From Octopus sinensis (lineage: Eukaryota): a stretch of 64,000 nucleotides of DNA. The stretch covers positions 21,762,001-21,826,000 of the forward strand of contig NC_043013.1 in assembly GCF_006345805.1 (NCBI RefSeq). The letters are read 5' to 3'. The notes beneath the pieces were generated by a model. The model ran no database searches. It worked only from the letters and a program-made list of their open reading frames with translations, and had not been told where the DNA came from. This document shows positions 38,465-53,513 of this stretch, one piece after another; the stretch's first letter is position 1; each line of letters begins with the position of its first letter. The translations under genes were made by a program, and so were the position numbers.

Positions 38465-40958
38465 ATCTATCACTGAAATGAAGCAGGAAATTCTGAATGA
38501 GCTTGCAGTTATAGGGCATACAAATATGAATGATAGAGAACCACTTCATAAACTCTCAAATGCACACCAACATAAAACACAGATAAAAATTGGCAACTGC
38601 GTTACACAAGAAATCATACAACAAATAAACCCAAGCTTAATAATAAGTTAAATGAAATTATTTACACTGTTGCTAAGGTAATCGAAAGACTCTGTTTAAC
38701 ACCCCAAAAGCCAACAATACCAAATTGGAAAAGAAAATCAAACAGGAGGAGTAGAATTGAAACTGAAATTGAATCATTGCGAAGGGAGATATCAATATTA
38801 ACTGAGATAATCTTTGGAAATGATGTAAGATCAAGAAAAGGCAGGAAGATTTTGAGAAAATATGGACACTCAACAAGAGAAGGTCAGCGAAAGAAACACT
38901 TAAACAAAAAGTTCAAGCAAAAGCTCAGAGAATACGCAGATTTGAGAAAAGAATCAAATACTACAAGCAAAATATAATGTTAAAATCCAATGTCAAATCA
39001 TTTTACAGGGAATTAAGGAACGAAAAAGTAACCATTGAAAATCCACCCCTAATAGAAGAAGTTGAAAACTTTTGGAAAGGGATCTGGAGTGATGAGAAAC
39101 CATGCAATGAAAATGCAGAGTGGATCAAACGCACCCAAGATGCCTACAAAAATCTACAAGAACGGATATAGGAAGACATCTCAATCGCCGACCTATGGAA
39201 CTATGGAACACAAAGCTTCAATTATATCATTCTAATGGAGTATTGCGCTCAAACAACATTAGCATAAACTGTGGCATTTTCCAAGATGACTCATTTCGCC
39301 ACTAATTTTCTGCATAGCACTAATACCACTCTCAAGTGAACTGAATAGAATAGGATATGGCTACAAAATTGACAACAAGAAAATAAGCCAATTATTTTTA
39401 TATGGATGATTTAAATCTATATGGCAAAGATGATGAAGAGCTTGAAGGACTACTACATACCGTGAAAGGATTCAGTGATGATATTGGGATGGAGTTCGGC
39501 ATTGAAAAGTGTGCCAAAGCCACTTTTAAGAAAGGGAAATTGATAAAGTTAAGTTCAATCGAATTAGATGTCGAAACAGTAATAAAGGAACTTGAGCAGG
39601 AACAAACCTATAAATAAATGAAGGCTCTAGTATCCAGCATGCAAGCATGAAAGAGAAGGTTAGGAAGGAATGTTTTAGAAGAGTTCGAGCATTCCTGAAG
39701 TCTGAGCTGAATGCATATAATAAGGTGTAAGCTATAAATCCCTTTGCAGTACCAGTTGTTCTTTATAGCTTCAATGTGCTAAACTGGAATACCAGTGAAA
39801 TAATGAAAATTGACAGAAAAATCCGCAAGCTACTGACTTGTAATAAGATGCACCATCCAAAGGCAGACGTGGATCGCCTTTACCTTCCCAGAGCTCAGGA
39901 AGGTCGAGATTTGAACCAGCTTGAACTTACGTACAAAGCCACCACAATCGGACTGGTCAAATACCATGAAGCAACCAACGATTGGATGCTTAAAACTTGT
40001 TGGAAAACATGAAAGACCGAAAAAACATCACTCTATTTTCAAAGAGAGCAAAAAATTCGCTACTGATCTCTTAGATACCTACAAGATTGATCAGGCTGAA
40101 GGAAATGCGCCAACTGCTGCTGCAAAGAAAATAAAATTACTTGCAAAGACAAAAGCACATGAAAAATTAGCTAGCAGATGGGAACAGAAACCTCTGCATG
40201 GCAAGTATGTGACCTGTAACAAACAAGCTGATGTCGACCAGAAACATACGCATCAATGGTTACGAAGCTCAGGGCTAAAAGCAGAGAGTGAAGGTTTCGT
40301 ATTAGCTGCTCAAGACCAAAGCTTATTAACCCGGAACTACCAAGCCAATGTGATGAAAAATGGAGCTGACCCAAAATGCCGATTCTGTAACGATAAGATT
40401 GAAACAATAGACCACCTAATCTCAGTGCAGAATATATAGCTAAGCTAATATATATAATATATATAAGCTAATAAACCGGATATTATTATAAAAGATTAGA
40501 CGAAAAAGGCGTGTTTATTAATTGATATGAGTATTCCTTGCGATCACAATATAGCGGCGAAAGAATCTGACAAGATCAGTAAATATAAAGACTTGCTAAT
40601 AGAAATTGAAAAAATGTGGCATCTCAAGGCGACTACAGTACCAGATTGTAGGATCTCTAGGAATGATAAAAAAAGGTACTGAAACCTATTTGAAAATGAT
40701 ACCAGGCTTACCATTCCTACATGAAGTGCAAAAAATCGTGTTAACTGGAACGGCTCATGTACCGAGAAGGGCATTATCGCTGTGAAAACAACATCTATTC
40801 ATGAATTTATTTATTTATTAATTTTTTAAATATATATTTTACCTGTGAATTTGCGTGTGTAATCTGGGAATGCATACAATGAGCTTCTCTGCCCAAGGTG
40901 TACGGAAAACACTCGGCGAGAAACGGAAGAAGAGAAAATTTGAAGAAAGAGAAAAAAA

Positions 40959-40960
<2 letters not shown>
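38465..40960 (+). mobile_element. 5'-truncated R4/Dong-like element, same family as 27370-30150, with the RT N-half deleted
   Basis: Colinear with 27995 onward; jumps at about 39192 from ATCGCCGAC to CTATGGAAC. Retains MDDLNLY, WLRSSGLKAESEG, CRFC, the 3'UTR and an (AAT)n tail (40960-41034). Confidence 0.88.
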
Positions 40961-41034
<74 letters not shown>

Positions 41035-41036
<2 letters not shown>

Positions 41037-44000
41037 CGCGTTACCAGTAGGGAACCAGACTGGGGTCGAAAAGTTTGCTGCTGGAACAAACTCTCAAAAA
41101 GACGATCTACCAGGTGACCAGAACCAGAATACTTCTAACTCTGGACTTGTAGTGACACCACCAAAAACACCACCTAAAGCAAAACGTATAAAATGGACCA
41201 GAGAGGACTATAGAGATGTGTTGAAAGCTTTTTATACAGCCCAACTAAACCCAAACAATAACCTCAGTGTACAAACATACATCTCATGGAGAAATTCAGT
41301 AGGCGATGACGTACGTAGATATATAGACGCAAATAAATTAAGTAATGTACGCAGAGATATAATTAAAAACAAAAGACTAACTGACGCTGAAATTGACAAA
41401 ATTAGGACACTAATAGCTCATGGTAGACCAAAAGAAAACAGCAACAATGTAGACGAAATAGGTAACAGTAGCACAGAAGCCAGTGTACAAGCGGCAAATC
41501 AACTTCCCAATGGGGAAGTTAAACAAAGAATAGCGAAGACGAGAGATTTGAAAAAAGAGGAGAACGAGAACCTTCCTCAAGAAAACCAAAATAGATATGA
41601 CATAGAATTTGAGGTGAATAATAGAGAAAAGATTATGGAAGCAAAAGTGGACATTAAGAGAGAACTCGGCAAGATTGAGCTCACTGACATGGTTAATAGA
41701 GAACCACTACCAAGTTTTCAAATGGCACAAGAAATAACAACACAATCATGACATATAACGTTGCCCTAGGACAGATCTTAAGAAATAAGGGGAATGATTT
41801 GACAACCTTAAATAATCTCATTTATTCCACTGCTAAAGTAGTAACTACCCAACTAGGTATTAAGATGACAAAGAAAAAGGCCAGGCATGTCAATGAACCT
41901 CCTAAGTGGAAAGTAGCGATACAAAAAGAGATTGAATCTCTGCGGGCGGATGTTTCAGTTCTCGATGAGCTTGCTAGAGGAGTGAATATTAAGCCGAGAA
42001 AAGCTAGAAAATCAAGCAAAAATATAAAATCAAAGATCTCATAAACCTCCCTGCAACTAAGGAACTGTTGAAACAACGGATACAGTTGAAAGCTCAACGG
42101 CTTAGAAGGTATGACAAAAGAAACAAATTTTATCGACAAAATAATTTTTTAAGACAGATGCAAAGACATTTTATAGGGAAATTGGCAAAAATAAAATACA
42201 CATAGAAGATCCACCTAAGATTGAGGAAGTGGAGGAGTCTGGAAGAAGGTATGGAGCAACGAAAAAGAGTTTAATGCTGAGGCTGACTGGATAGAACGTG
42301 AGAAAGAGAGACTGGATGAACTTGAAGAACAGAAATGGGAAGCAATAGGAATAGAGGAGCTAAGGTGTGTCCTTAGGAAGGCTCACAAATGGAAAACCCC
42401 AGGACTGGATCGGATCCCTAACTTCTGGCTGAATTGTTTGACAGAGGTACACGAACATCTCGCTGCATCTCTGTCTGATGTCATTCAGAACCCAGAGCAA
42501 ATACCTGCTTGGCTGACTGAAGGAACCACCTACCTATTACCTAAAACCGAAGACACAAAAAACCCAAAGAATTACCGGCCAATAACATGTCTCACCACCT
42601 ACAAAATCCTCACATCCATAATAACGGAGAGAATGTACGCTTTCCTTGAACAAAATTCTATCCTTCCACAAGCTCAAAAAGGTTGTAAAAGAAACTCTTA
42701 TGGGTGCAAAGACCATTGCTCATAAACAGAATGATTGTAGAGAATTGCCGGAGCAAAAACAAAAACCTGAGTATGGCATGGATAGACTACAGGAAAGCGT
42801 ATGACAGTGTCCCACATAAATGGATACTCAAGGCCCTTGAGATATACAAGATCTCCCCTGTCGTCTCAAAATTCTTAGAGAATAGCATGACCATGTGGAA
42901 CACACGTCTCTTTCTAAGCCATAGTAATGGGATGAGCCAGTCCAACAGCATCAACATCAAACGAGGCATCTTTCAAGGTGACTCCCTCTCTCCATTACTT
43001 TTTTGCATGGCACTGATCCCACTCTCAAACGAATTGGATAGTGCCAGATATGGGTACAAAGTTTTTAGCAAGTTAATAAACCACCTTTTTTATATGGACG
43101 ATCTAAAGCTGTTTGCCAAGAATGACCAAGAGCTAGAAGGGCTGCTAACAACTGTTAAAGAGTTTAGCAATGATATCGGAATGGATTTTGGCCTTGATAA
43201 GTGTGCTAAAGCAACTTTTGTAAGAGGCAAGCTCAGGCAAACAGCTTCTGTTAAATTAGATATTGACACTACCATCAAGGAACTTGACCCACAAGAAAGT
43301 TACAAATACCTAGGAATCAACGAAGGAGATGGTATACATCATGCTACTATGAAGGAAAAAATAAGAAAGGAGTACTATAGGAGAATAAGGCTTGTACTGA
43401 AGACTGAACTCAACTCCAAAAATTGCATTGAGGCCATTAACACCCTGGCACTTCCAGTAGTCCAGTACAGTTTTAACATCATTAACTGGAACCTTACGGA
43501 ACTCCAACGCTTGGACAGGAAGACAAGAAAGTTACTGACATCCAGGAGCATGCACCACCCTAAGGCAGATGTAGACCGCTTGTACCTACCTAGAAGCAGC
43601 GGGGGGAGAGGAATGATGCAATTAGAGCTGTGCTATAAGACCTCTACTGTAGGAATGAACAGGTACCTATCTAGTACAAAAGACTGGATGCTGCGACTTG
43701 TGTGTGAACACGAAAGCAGCAAAAAGCTGCATTCTATTGTCAAGGAAGCTTATAAGTTCGAAAGGGAACTAGGTATTAACCTTGAATCAGGTGAAGAGCC
43801 AGAAACCACTGCTACCAAGCAAGCAAAGCGAATCAGGCAGACTGCAAAAAAGAACGGGCAGAATCAATTGAGAGGCGGTGGAGCCAGAAGCCTCTGCATG
43901 GACAATACATTCTCCGAAGCCAAATGCTGATGTAGACCAACAACAACCCATCAGTGGCTGAAGAGTTCTGGATTGAAAGCAGAGACTGAAGGCTTCATAA

Positions 44001-44670
44001 TGGCAGCACAAGATCAAAGCTTGTTTACCAGAAATTACCAGGCTAACGTTCTCCGAAACGGTACTGACCCTAAATGCAGATTCTGTGACACATTTGACGA
44101 AACAATAGACCATCTCGTTTCGGGATGTCCTGTGCTGACACCAAACGAATACAAAAATCGCCACGATAGGGTAGGACAGTATATACATTGGAAGATATGT
44201 AAACACTACAAATCCGACACTCTGCTAACTGGTATGAACACCACCCTCAGCCAGTTGTTGAAGGTAAAGATGTCACCATCCTCTGGGATTTTCCAGTCAA
44301 CACTGACAGAACGATCAAGGCTAATCGACCAGACATAATAGGATGTGGAATCTTAAAACAAAAACTGTTCCTGTTATTGTAGGTGCCCTAGGTATGATAA
44401 AAAAGGGATGTCAGAAACACCTAGACAATATCCCTGGAAAACCATGTCTCAAGGAAATCCAAAAGATTGTGCTAACAAGTACTGCCCACATCCTTAGAAA
44501 AACCCTATCAATGTAAATGTTTGTGTTTGTATTACATGGAGATATTTCTCTACTTCCCCTCCCCAAGCTTTCAGCTATATTTCAACAACTCTTAACCTTC
44601 ACTTGCCCTAGGGCGCTGGGTGTGCCCCGGCAGGTGATTGCATCAAACATGCAGATTAAAAGTAAATGAC
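41035..44670 (+). mobile_element. Near-full-length R4/Dong-like element (third family), frameshifted
   Basis: KRIKWTREDYRDV..KLSNVRRDII; NYRPITCL; WIDYRKAYDS; GIFQGDSLSPLLF; FYMDDLKLF; WLKSSGLKAETEG; CRFC..RHDRVG; (AAT)n at both ends. Confidence 0.9.
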
Positions 44671-44709
44671 AATGATAATAATAATAATAATAATGATAAT
44701 AATAATAAA

Positions 44710-45640
44710 GAGAGCTTAGCCATGTCATGGAACGATTATCACCATAAACAGAACACTTCCAAACAGGTTGTTCACAGATAACTGGAGTTGTCTGGTGAAG
44801 AACGCAACTCCAAGGGAATTCCGGCAAATAGGCTGCACAGAATAGACAGAATGTTCACAGAGGAAGACGAACAGAGGCTAGATCTCCGCCATACACACAT
44901 GAGCTGTGGAAAAGAGGTGTCTTCAACTATGATACTGGACATGTCTATGTTTCTGAAAAAATATTTTCAATTGGCACCATGTCCAAAATTTGTGTCAATT
45001 GGAATAAATAGAAGCAAGACATTTACAACTTTCGGTTCCTGTAGAAAAGTAATTCCCTCCGTCGTTCTTGCCGATCCATCAGAGTCCCTAAAACGGCTTC
45101 TTACTATCATTACCGAGGAATCCATGTACTGTCTTGCAGAGCATCAGTAAATGTAACATTGATTTTCCTTGGCAGCCAACGTCATCATTGTTGAGGGATT
45201 CAGGCAGTACTTTAAAGATGATGAATTCCCTTTCTCTAGGTAAGTCTGGCACAAGATCGTTTCACGCCACCACTCTTCAATAAAGATCCCCGGTTGCTGC
45301 TGGGTTTTGAGGATGATTCAAAGAGACAGGGTCGTAAAAGAAATACCATCTCCCCGGGCACAACATTTGACTTGGTTCTCGAACTTCAAGACAGGTTCTA
45401 TTAAAAGAATTGGTCTGTCAGCAGTTTGAAGCATACTTTTGTGTCTGTACACACTTCGCTGTTTCAAATTGTCTTTCAACGCAAGAAGCGAATGGAGAAA
45501 ATTCCCGCCATCTGAATGCAATAATCATACAGTCGGTAAGAAAGGGACAAGAGTTTTTGAGATGAGTGAGTTCCCGGTGATTGCAATTATGTGGTTGAGT
45601 TGGTGGGACTGTCGATGCATACTCAATCGTGTGCATCTAT
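44710..45640 (-). mobile_element. Possible highly decayed L1/Tx1-like 3' region
   Basis: Only weak motif echoes on the minus strand; the 3' end CATGGCTAA(GC) next to (TTA)n resembles the end of 871-3790. Confidence 0.3.
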
Positions 45641-46236
45641 TCACATAAGAATCACAGATGGAGTAGTTTGGGAATGTTTTACAAATCTTCACTGTGCCAC
45701 TAAAACATTGGATTTGGACAATCCGCGTCAGTTTTTCTTTTGCTCTTTCTCTGTGAAACCGAGTATTTATAGGTTTTTCTGCAAATGTGCAAAATTTCTG
45801 CTACATAATCTAATGCATTTCTGATGAAAGGTGCAAACGAGACTTTATGGTCAGGGTACAAGAGCTGTAAGTTTGCCTTAAATGTTCTATCTTCCTAAGA
45901 CTTTTGATTGTACATACACATCCGCTGGTCAGCTGACCCCTGCAATAGTGCATGACTTTTTTCCCCTGAACCACAGAACAATATCAGGTCTGCTATATTT
46001 GCACCGAACTGATGTTTTTAGGGGGTGGGGAGTTCCACCAGTATTCCTTGCTTTCAAAAGGTCTGATTACTTGCTGGTTCTAACATGGCTTTGATCTATA
46101 CGTCCGAGCAGTCCTTCCTATGGGTAGCATCGTAAATAGTCTTTGCAACTATATCATGCCTCAGGGGCACGTAGAATCTCGTAGGCATTTTGTCGCAACT
46201 GCTGATGATGTGGGTGACATCTTTCACACTGGTATA

Positions 46237-47170
<934 letters not shown>

Positions 47171-47171
47171 T

Positions 47172-47251
47172 GTAAAGAGATGATGATGATGATGATGATG
47201 ATGATAGTAATAATAGCAACAACAACAACGACAACGACGACGACGACGACG

Positions 47252-47283
<32 letters not shown>

Positions 47284-47310
47284 AATAATAATAATAATAA
47301 TTATAATAAT
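47172..47310. repeat. Compound (GAT)(CAA)(CGA)(AAT)n microsatellite
   Basis: Directly visible. Confidence 0.95.
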
Positions 47311-47599
47311 AAGGGTGTCTCAATGAAACATGTGCGAAACACACGCGATATCAACACCGGAAAGTTTACAAATTATAAAATATAAACGGACGAAAATAGT
47401 ACATAAATTGAGTAATTACGCATACACTCGAATGTCTATACAAACATATATACATTTTGATACCCTTAGGACTACACATACATCCCAAAGTTATTGTACG
47501 CACTAAGTGAAATTTACAGGATACACACTCACGTACACGAAAGAACGTGTCACAAACCATGCAAAAACAAAGCCAACTTGCATTGTTTTTCTTATTTTA

Positions 47600-50140
47600 T
47601 TTTCATTTTTTCGAACTAACACAGACAGAGTGAACCTTTCATAAGTTTAAAAAACACAACAAAAAAAAACTATGTTCGGAGATAAATCTATAAAAAAAGT
47701 AACAAACGAATACGGATCTGCTAGCCTTAAGAAGCTACGCTACGAACAATGTTTACATGCAGAGAACACGAAGTCAGTGTTGTCGCAAAAAGTTGACCCT
47801 AAACTGACAGATCCGCCTCCTAATGTAAGCGTCGAAGCTCGTCATGCCTTACAGTTAGCAAAACAAATTACAAACCGCAATGGTCATCAATCGGTTTACA
47901 AAAGACCACATACCCGAATATTGAACCAGATTCGAGTTGAAAAATCAGCTACCGGTTCAAATCTTCCCGACACACAGGAGCTGGACGTAACTCACAACCG
48001 GAATATTCCAACAGATCGCCATCCATACCCGTCATCAAATATCCAAAAGAAAAAGAATGAAAAATGGTCTAGGGATGATAATAAAGAAGTTCTTGCGGCC
48101 TACTACCATGCCATATATTTCCCCACAGACAAATCTAATACTGTACAAGCATACTTAAACTGGAGACAGAAACATCCTGAAGTAAGACCCTACATAGACA
48201 GTAACAAACTTGCCAATGTCAGAAGAAACATTATAAAAAAAAAATTACTGACTGAAGTAGAGATTGACCAAATTAGACAAGCAGTAAAGGATAAAAACAA
48301 CGAAGCCGTAGTTAAAGAAGATAATACAGAGGAAATAATTATAGACCAGCTCAGGGCTGATAAAAACGTAGTAAGGATTGAAAGAGTTAGTATAATTGAT
48401 AGGCAATGTGAAATACTCCCTGAACCAACCATAAACACTAAGACAGATGAACATCAAATAGATGAAGAAAGTCACACAAATATTGACCCAACAAAACTAC
48501 ATGAGCTAAAAAAATCAAATCACTATTGAATGGCTGAAAATTAAAGAAACCAGTATAGATGAACGCGATACACTCCCTAAAATCCGCAACTCTAACAAAA
48601 ACATGAAAATAATTGGTAAAATCCGCCTTGCACTTAAGGATATAATTTCAGCTAATGATGTTGATATCACAGATCTCAACCACCTGTCCTATGCATCCGC
48701 GAAAATCTCAACGATTCTATGTGGAGAAAATATTAGAAAACGGTAACATTCCCACAAAAAGCCTTCTTGGCAAGAGCGTATCCAACAACAAATTAAACTA
48801 CTTAGGTCTGACATTGAAAGTTTGAAAAACCTCAAGGTTGACAAGACTACCAAACCTAAAAACACCCCAAAATTAAAGATAAAAATATAATATGCAAACT
48901 ATACTTGATATTGATGCCACCATAGAAACCATCAAGCAAAAGGTATGTGCTAAAGTTGCCCGCATAGCGATGAATGAAAAGCTCGTTAGATTCTTCAAGG
49001 ACAACAACATGTTCAAAAATAACCCCAAGAATTTTTACAGGAAGATAGGGAAAACATCAGTTACTGTAAAATCTGTACCATCAAAAGAAGAAGTGCAGTG
49101 ATTTTGGAATAAAATTTGGGCAGAAGAAAAAACACACAACGAAAAGGCCCCTAGATTGATAGAATATCTACAGACTTGGACTCCTTAGAGGAGCAAAAGT
49201 GAGAGGGTGTCAAGGTAGAAGATATAAGATCTACTTTCAGCAGGTCAAGCAAATAGAAGTCTCCAGGAAGGGATAAAATTCTTAACTTCTGGTTGAATGC
49301 CTTCCCAGAGAGCCATGAACTGCTAATAGAACTTTACAACGATGTTTTGCAACACCCTAGTAGGATGCCTTCTAGGCTAGTTAATGGTTTAACATTCCTG
49401 CTTCCAAAAAGTGAAGAAAGAAATGAACCAAAAAACTATAGACCCATAACTTGCTTAACAGCTATGTATAAAACGCTAACATCTGTCCTGACTGAATATA
49501 CCTATAGTTTTTTACAGACAGCAGCATATTCCCTAATGGACAGAAAGGATGTAAACGTGGATCCTATGGTTGTAAAGATCAACTACACATCAATAAGATG
49601 ATGTTAGAAGATTGTCAATAACCTGGATAGACTATAAAAAGGTTTTTGATAGCCTACCACATAGCTGGATGAAGAAATGCCTGGAAATGTATAAAATATT
49701 GCCTACTCTGCGAAACTTTTTGTCTGTAAGTATGAGGTCATGGAGAACCACACTAACTTTGAACAGTGACGATGAATATCTAATTGCTGGTGATGTAAAA
49801 ATTTCATAGGGCATTTTCCAGGGTGACTCGCTATCACCACTCCTCTTTTGTTTAGCCATAATACCTCTCTCAAAATTGCTCAATGACCCACAGTACGGAT
49901 ATAAAATGTTTTATAAAGATATAAATCATCTCATTTACATGGATGATTTAAAGCTCTTTGCAAAAAATGACCAACAACTGAAGGGCTTACTAACGATTGT
50001 TAAACAATTCAGTGATAACATCAGAATGCAATTTGGCCTCGATAAATGTGCAAAAGCTACATTTATCAAAGGAAAAATGACAGAAACATCTAACGTTAAC
50101 CTTGACCGGCAGAATGTCATAAAAGAGTTAGAAAAACTCT
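47600..50140 (+). mobile_element. Decayed R4/Dong-like element (5' region to RT), 3' end lost
   Basis: 285-aa ORF with NEKWSRDDNKEV..KLANVRRNII; NYRPITCL; WIDYKK; GIFQGDSLSPLLF; IYMDDLKLF. Confidence 0.85.
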
Positions 50141-50299
50141 GATGACTAGATGTTAAAACTTGTCTTAAAGCACGGAAACAAGAAAGCGTCATACTCAGTA
50201 ACAAAACAGGCAAAGGTATATCTAAGTGAATTCCAAATACAACAAATCCCAGAATTAGACGAACTGGAAACAAGCACATAAAAACTAAGTGTACGAAAA

Positions 50300-51540
50300 C
50301 CCATGCTAAAACCAGTGGTCATCCAGAGACTGCTTGTACATAAACCGCGAGGCAGAGAAAGTGGGATTATGAGGCAAACAGAATGGTAATTGTATGCTGG
50401 ATCAGGAATGAACCCAGTAGAAGGGGATTCCGACGACGAATGAAAGCAAAATGTAATGAGATAGGACCCTTCGAAACAAGTGAGCAATGGTTAGCCGGCC
50501 AGGCAAGAGCAATAAGCGTAAAAGGGTGGTTAACAGACATGGAAAGAGAAGTGATAAAACGAAAAGTAGAATATAGAAATAATACTTCATCAACAGATAA
50601 CGTGCCCAGTGAGAAGAGAAAAATGAAAGACGGCAGTGAAGAAGTAGAGCGATGTGTAAATGTAGATGCCTTATCAGCAAATGAAGCAAAAGTAATGCGA
50701 AGAGCTATATCACAAGAACACGATGATGACTAACAAGACATAATGAGGAAGGGGTAAGGGAAAACTGAACCACTTGCTATTCATGGATGCTATTCATGGA
50801 AGCTATTCAAAAACTGAGGCAGGACTGGACTGCCTAGTCCAGTTTGAGCGGATTTTCTCCAATGATATTAAGATGGAATTTGGAGTCTCAAAATGTACTA
50901 CGAGGATGATGAGACGAGGAAAGCTTGTCAGGACAGAAGGGAAATGATGAAGGCTATTCAAGTTCAATCCAGCTACAAATACCTGTGAATACTAGAGGTA
51001 GATGGAATCAAACACCACGATATAAAGGAAAAACAGGACAGAAGGGAAATGATGAAGGCTATTCAAGTTCAATCCAGCTACAAATACCTGTGAATACTAG
51101 AGGTAGATGGAATCAAACACCACGATATAAAGGAAAAAGACAAAAAGAGAGTACCTGAGGCGGGCGAGAAAGATGTTTGCTTCAAAACTGAATGCCAGAA
51201 ACAGAATTTCGGCAATAAAGTCGCGTGCAGTGGCAGCAGTTTGGTATGGCGCTGGAATCCTCAAGTGATCAGAGGAGGAACTAAGTCAAGAAAGCGCCTA
51301 ACCATGCATGGAGCCCATCATCCGCGGGCAGACACTGATCACCTATACATGAAGAGAACAAATGGAAGAAGGGGACTGATAAGTGTGGAAGACTGCGTGC
51401 ATATTGAAGCCGAAAGCTGAATGAGATACCTAGCTAGTGTCAGTTGGAAACGAGGGTGCACTAAAAGCAGAGAAAAAGGGAAAACAAGAGGACAAAAAGG
51501 ACATGAAGAAGAATTACTGAAGTTGCTGGAAAAATAGTGA
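50300..51540 (+). mobile_element. Internally deleted R4-like element of another family
   Basis: PSRRGFRRRM..EQWLAGQARAI..GWLTD; MEFGVSKC; MHGAHHPRADTDHLYMKR..GLISVEDCV. Contains a 105-bp tandem duplication at 50929-51138. Confidence 0.75.
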
Positions 51541-51569
51541 AATTGGCCAATGAAAGGAACTCGCTTAAG

Positions 51570-52015
51570 GACAGCACTTCCCTGCCCACTCTCACTTTCT
51601 CTCATGTCTTTCAGCCTTGTTCATCAAACAACGTCTTTCACCACAGTCACCGGGCAGAGAGAAACTGCTTTACCTATGCGATTGAAGTAGAGCGGCGGTG
51701 GGATAATCACTACAGACTCGACCGACTGACGGATCCATCCCATCTGTTCGACATAACTCAGCAATACTCAGACAGTGAACGAGGGCGTGCAAACAGTCTC
51801 GTCACTCTGCGCGCCCCGCGGACAAGCTCGTCTGTAGAGTTTATCGCGAACTAGTAGCGCCGCTTGGTAGCACTTTCAGGCCAAAGACATCTGGAAAATA
51901 TCCACGATAGTTCCCGAACGGAAACTCCTACGGAACAGACACACCAGTTCGTTCTCGTCGGCGCTCAGAGCGTCCCGAAGAACATCGTCACTCTTCCCCG
52001 CCACTAATTTATCTA
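51570..52015 (-). mobile_element. L1/Tx1-like C-terminal fragment
   Basis: Similar at DNA level to 1200-1740 and 9590-10120. Confidence 0.55.
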
Positions 52016-52313
52016 TAAATATATAAAATGCTTTGTATATCTGTCTGGTCCCAATGCATTCTCAAACAGCTCAACCGAATCAAATCAAACTATACATGGC
52101 AATACTATCAGACCCCAGGAGTGTCAAGATGTAATTTCTTTGAATTCAAACAATGCAGCACTGGCGCTGGTTCCGTATTACGTCCCAAAACTCGTAAAAT
52201 AAGAGTGAAACCTTCGACGGAGTAAGTTATAAACAATTTCACTTTTAATAGGAAAAATTAAAGTGCAACATTCGACAGAGTAAGTTATACAGTTTTACTT
52301 GTAATACACTGTG

Positions 52314-52364
<51 letters not shown>

Positions 52365-52366
<2 letters not shown>

Positions 52367-52620
52367 CGGGAAGCTTTATGAAAATAGACAAAAGACGAAG
52401 GCAGGTGGAAAACAAACGAACAATTGTATTAGTATGGCGCTCAGGAAATATAAATAAAACAAGTCTTTAACGTTTCGAGCCTACGCTCTTCAACAGAAAG
52501 ATACACAGAGAGAAAAAAAACACAGAAAGAAGGAGAGAAAAAAAATGCGTGCAGTAGCTAACGAATCAACATGGCGATCTGATTTCGGCCAGAGGTCAAA
52601 GATCAAACATGAGACGCGAG
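52365..52620 (-). mobile_element. Probable Penelope-like terminal repeat fragment with a hammerhead-like motif (52465-52500)
   Basis: Minus strand CTTT CTGTTGA A GAGC GTAG GCTC GAAA CGT T AAAG; the fragment lies between (AT)n tracts. Confidence 0.45.
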
Positions 52621-52724
52621 AGCGAAATAAGGGGAGATAATAGGGTTGATAATAGGGTTGATAATAGGGTTGAAGGACCAGCTAATAGTGCGTAGGAGGG
52701 GTCTGGACGTGTGTATGTATAGGG

Positions 52725-52799
<75 letters not shown>

Positions 52800-52801
52800 T
52801 A

Positions 52802-53337
52802 CAGGGTGTCCCCAAAAAATGTATACACACCTTAAATAATTGTAAATTTGGGGTTTATTATAATTCGAATAATTTTCAACATGTAAAAGAATTTACAAAT
52901 ATCATTCTATTGTCTTGTTATCGCATGTTCTCAAACTGATGTCCGTTCTGCTCCAGACACTGCTGACAACGCGAAGCGATGGAATGGCATACATCATGGA
53001 ACAATTCCCTTGGGATATTCGTACATTCATGTTCAATAGTTGCCCTCAATTGAACGACTGTTGCAGGTTTCTGTGCGTAGACTTTGTCCTTTAGGTATCC
53101 CCTTAAAAAGAAGTCTAGTGGTGTGATGTCTGGTGAACGTGGAGGGTATTCGACAAAACCTCTCCGTCCAATCCACCTATTTGGCAAGATCCCATCAAGA
53201 AAGGATCTAACATCGCGATGGTAGTGTGGAGGTGCCCCATCTTGCTGGAAATAAAACTCTTCCTGTTCAAAGTTCTCTCTAATGCTTGGCATGACAGACT
53301 GTTGCAGCAAGTGTATACATTTTTGGGGGACACCCTG
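52802..53337 (-). mobile_element. 536-bp deleted derivative of a DD41D (rosa-type) transposon
   Basis: 27-bp TIRs CAGGGTGTCCCCAAAAAATGTATACAC (1 mismatch), TA flanks; retains [21 protein letters not shown] with 41 residues between the two Asp. Confidence 0.88.
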
Positions 53338-53409
53338 TATATATATATACATGTGTGTGTGATTATATGTATGTGTATATATATATATACATGTGTGTGT
53401 GATTATATG

Positions 53410-53474
<65 letters not shown>

Positions 53475-53513
53475 GTATGTATACATATGTATATGTACGT
53501 ATATACATATGTA

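Noticed and set aside
50139-50180. CTGATGA..GAAAC as a hammerhead
   Set aside because: No credible stem II; lies at a TE breakpoint.
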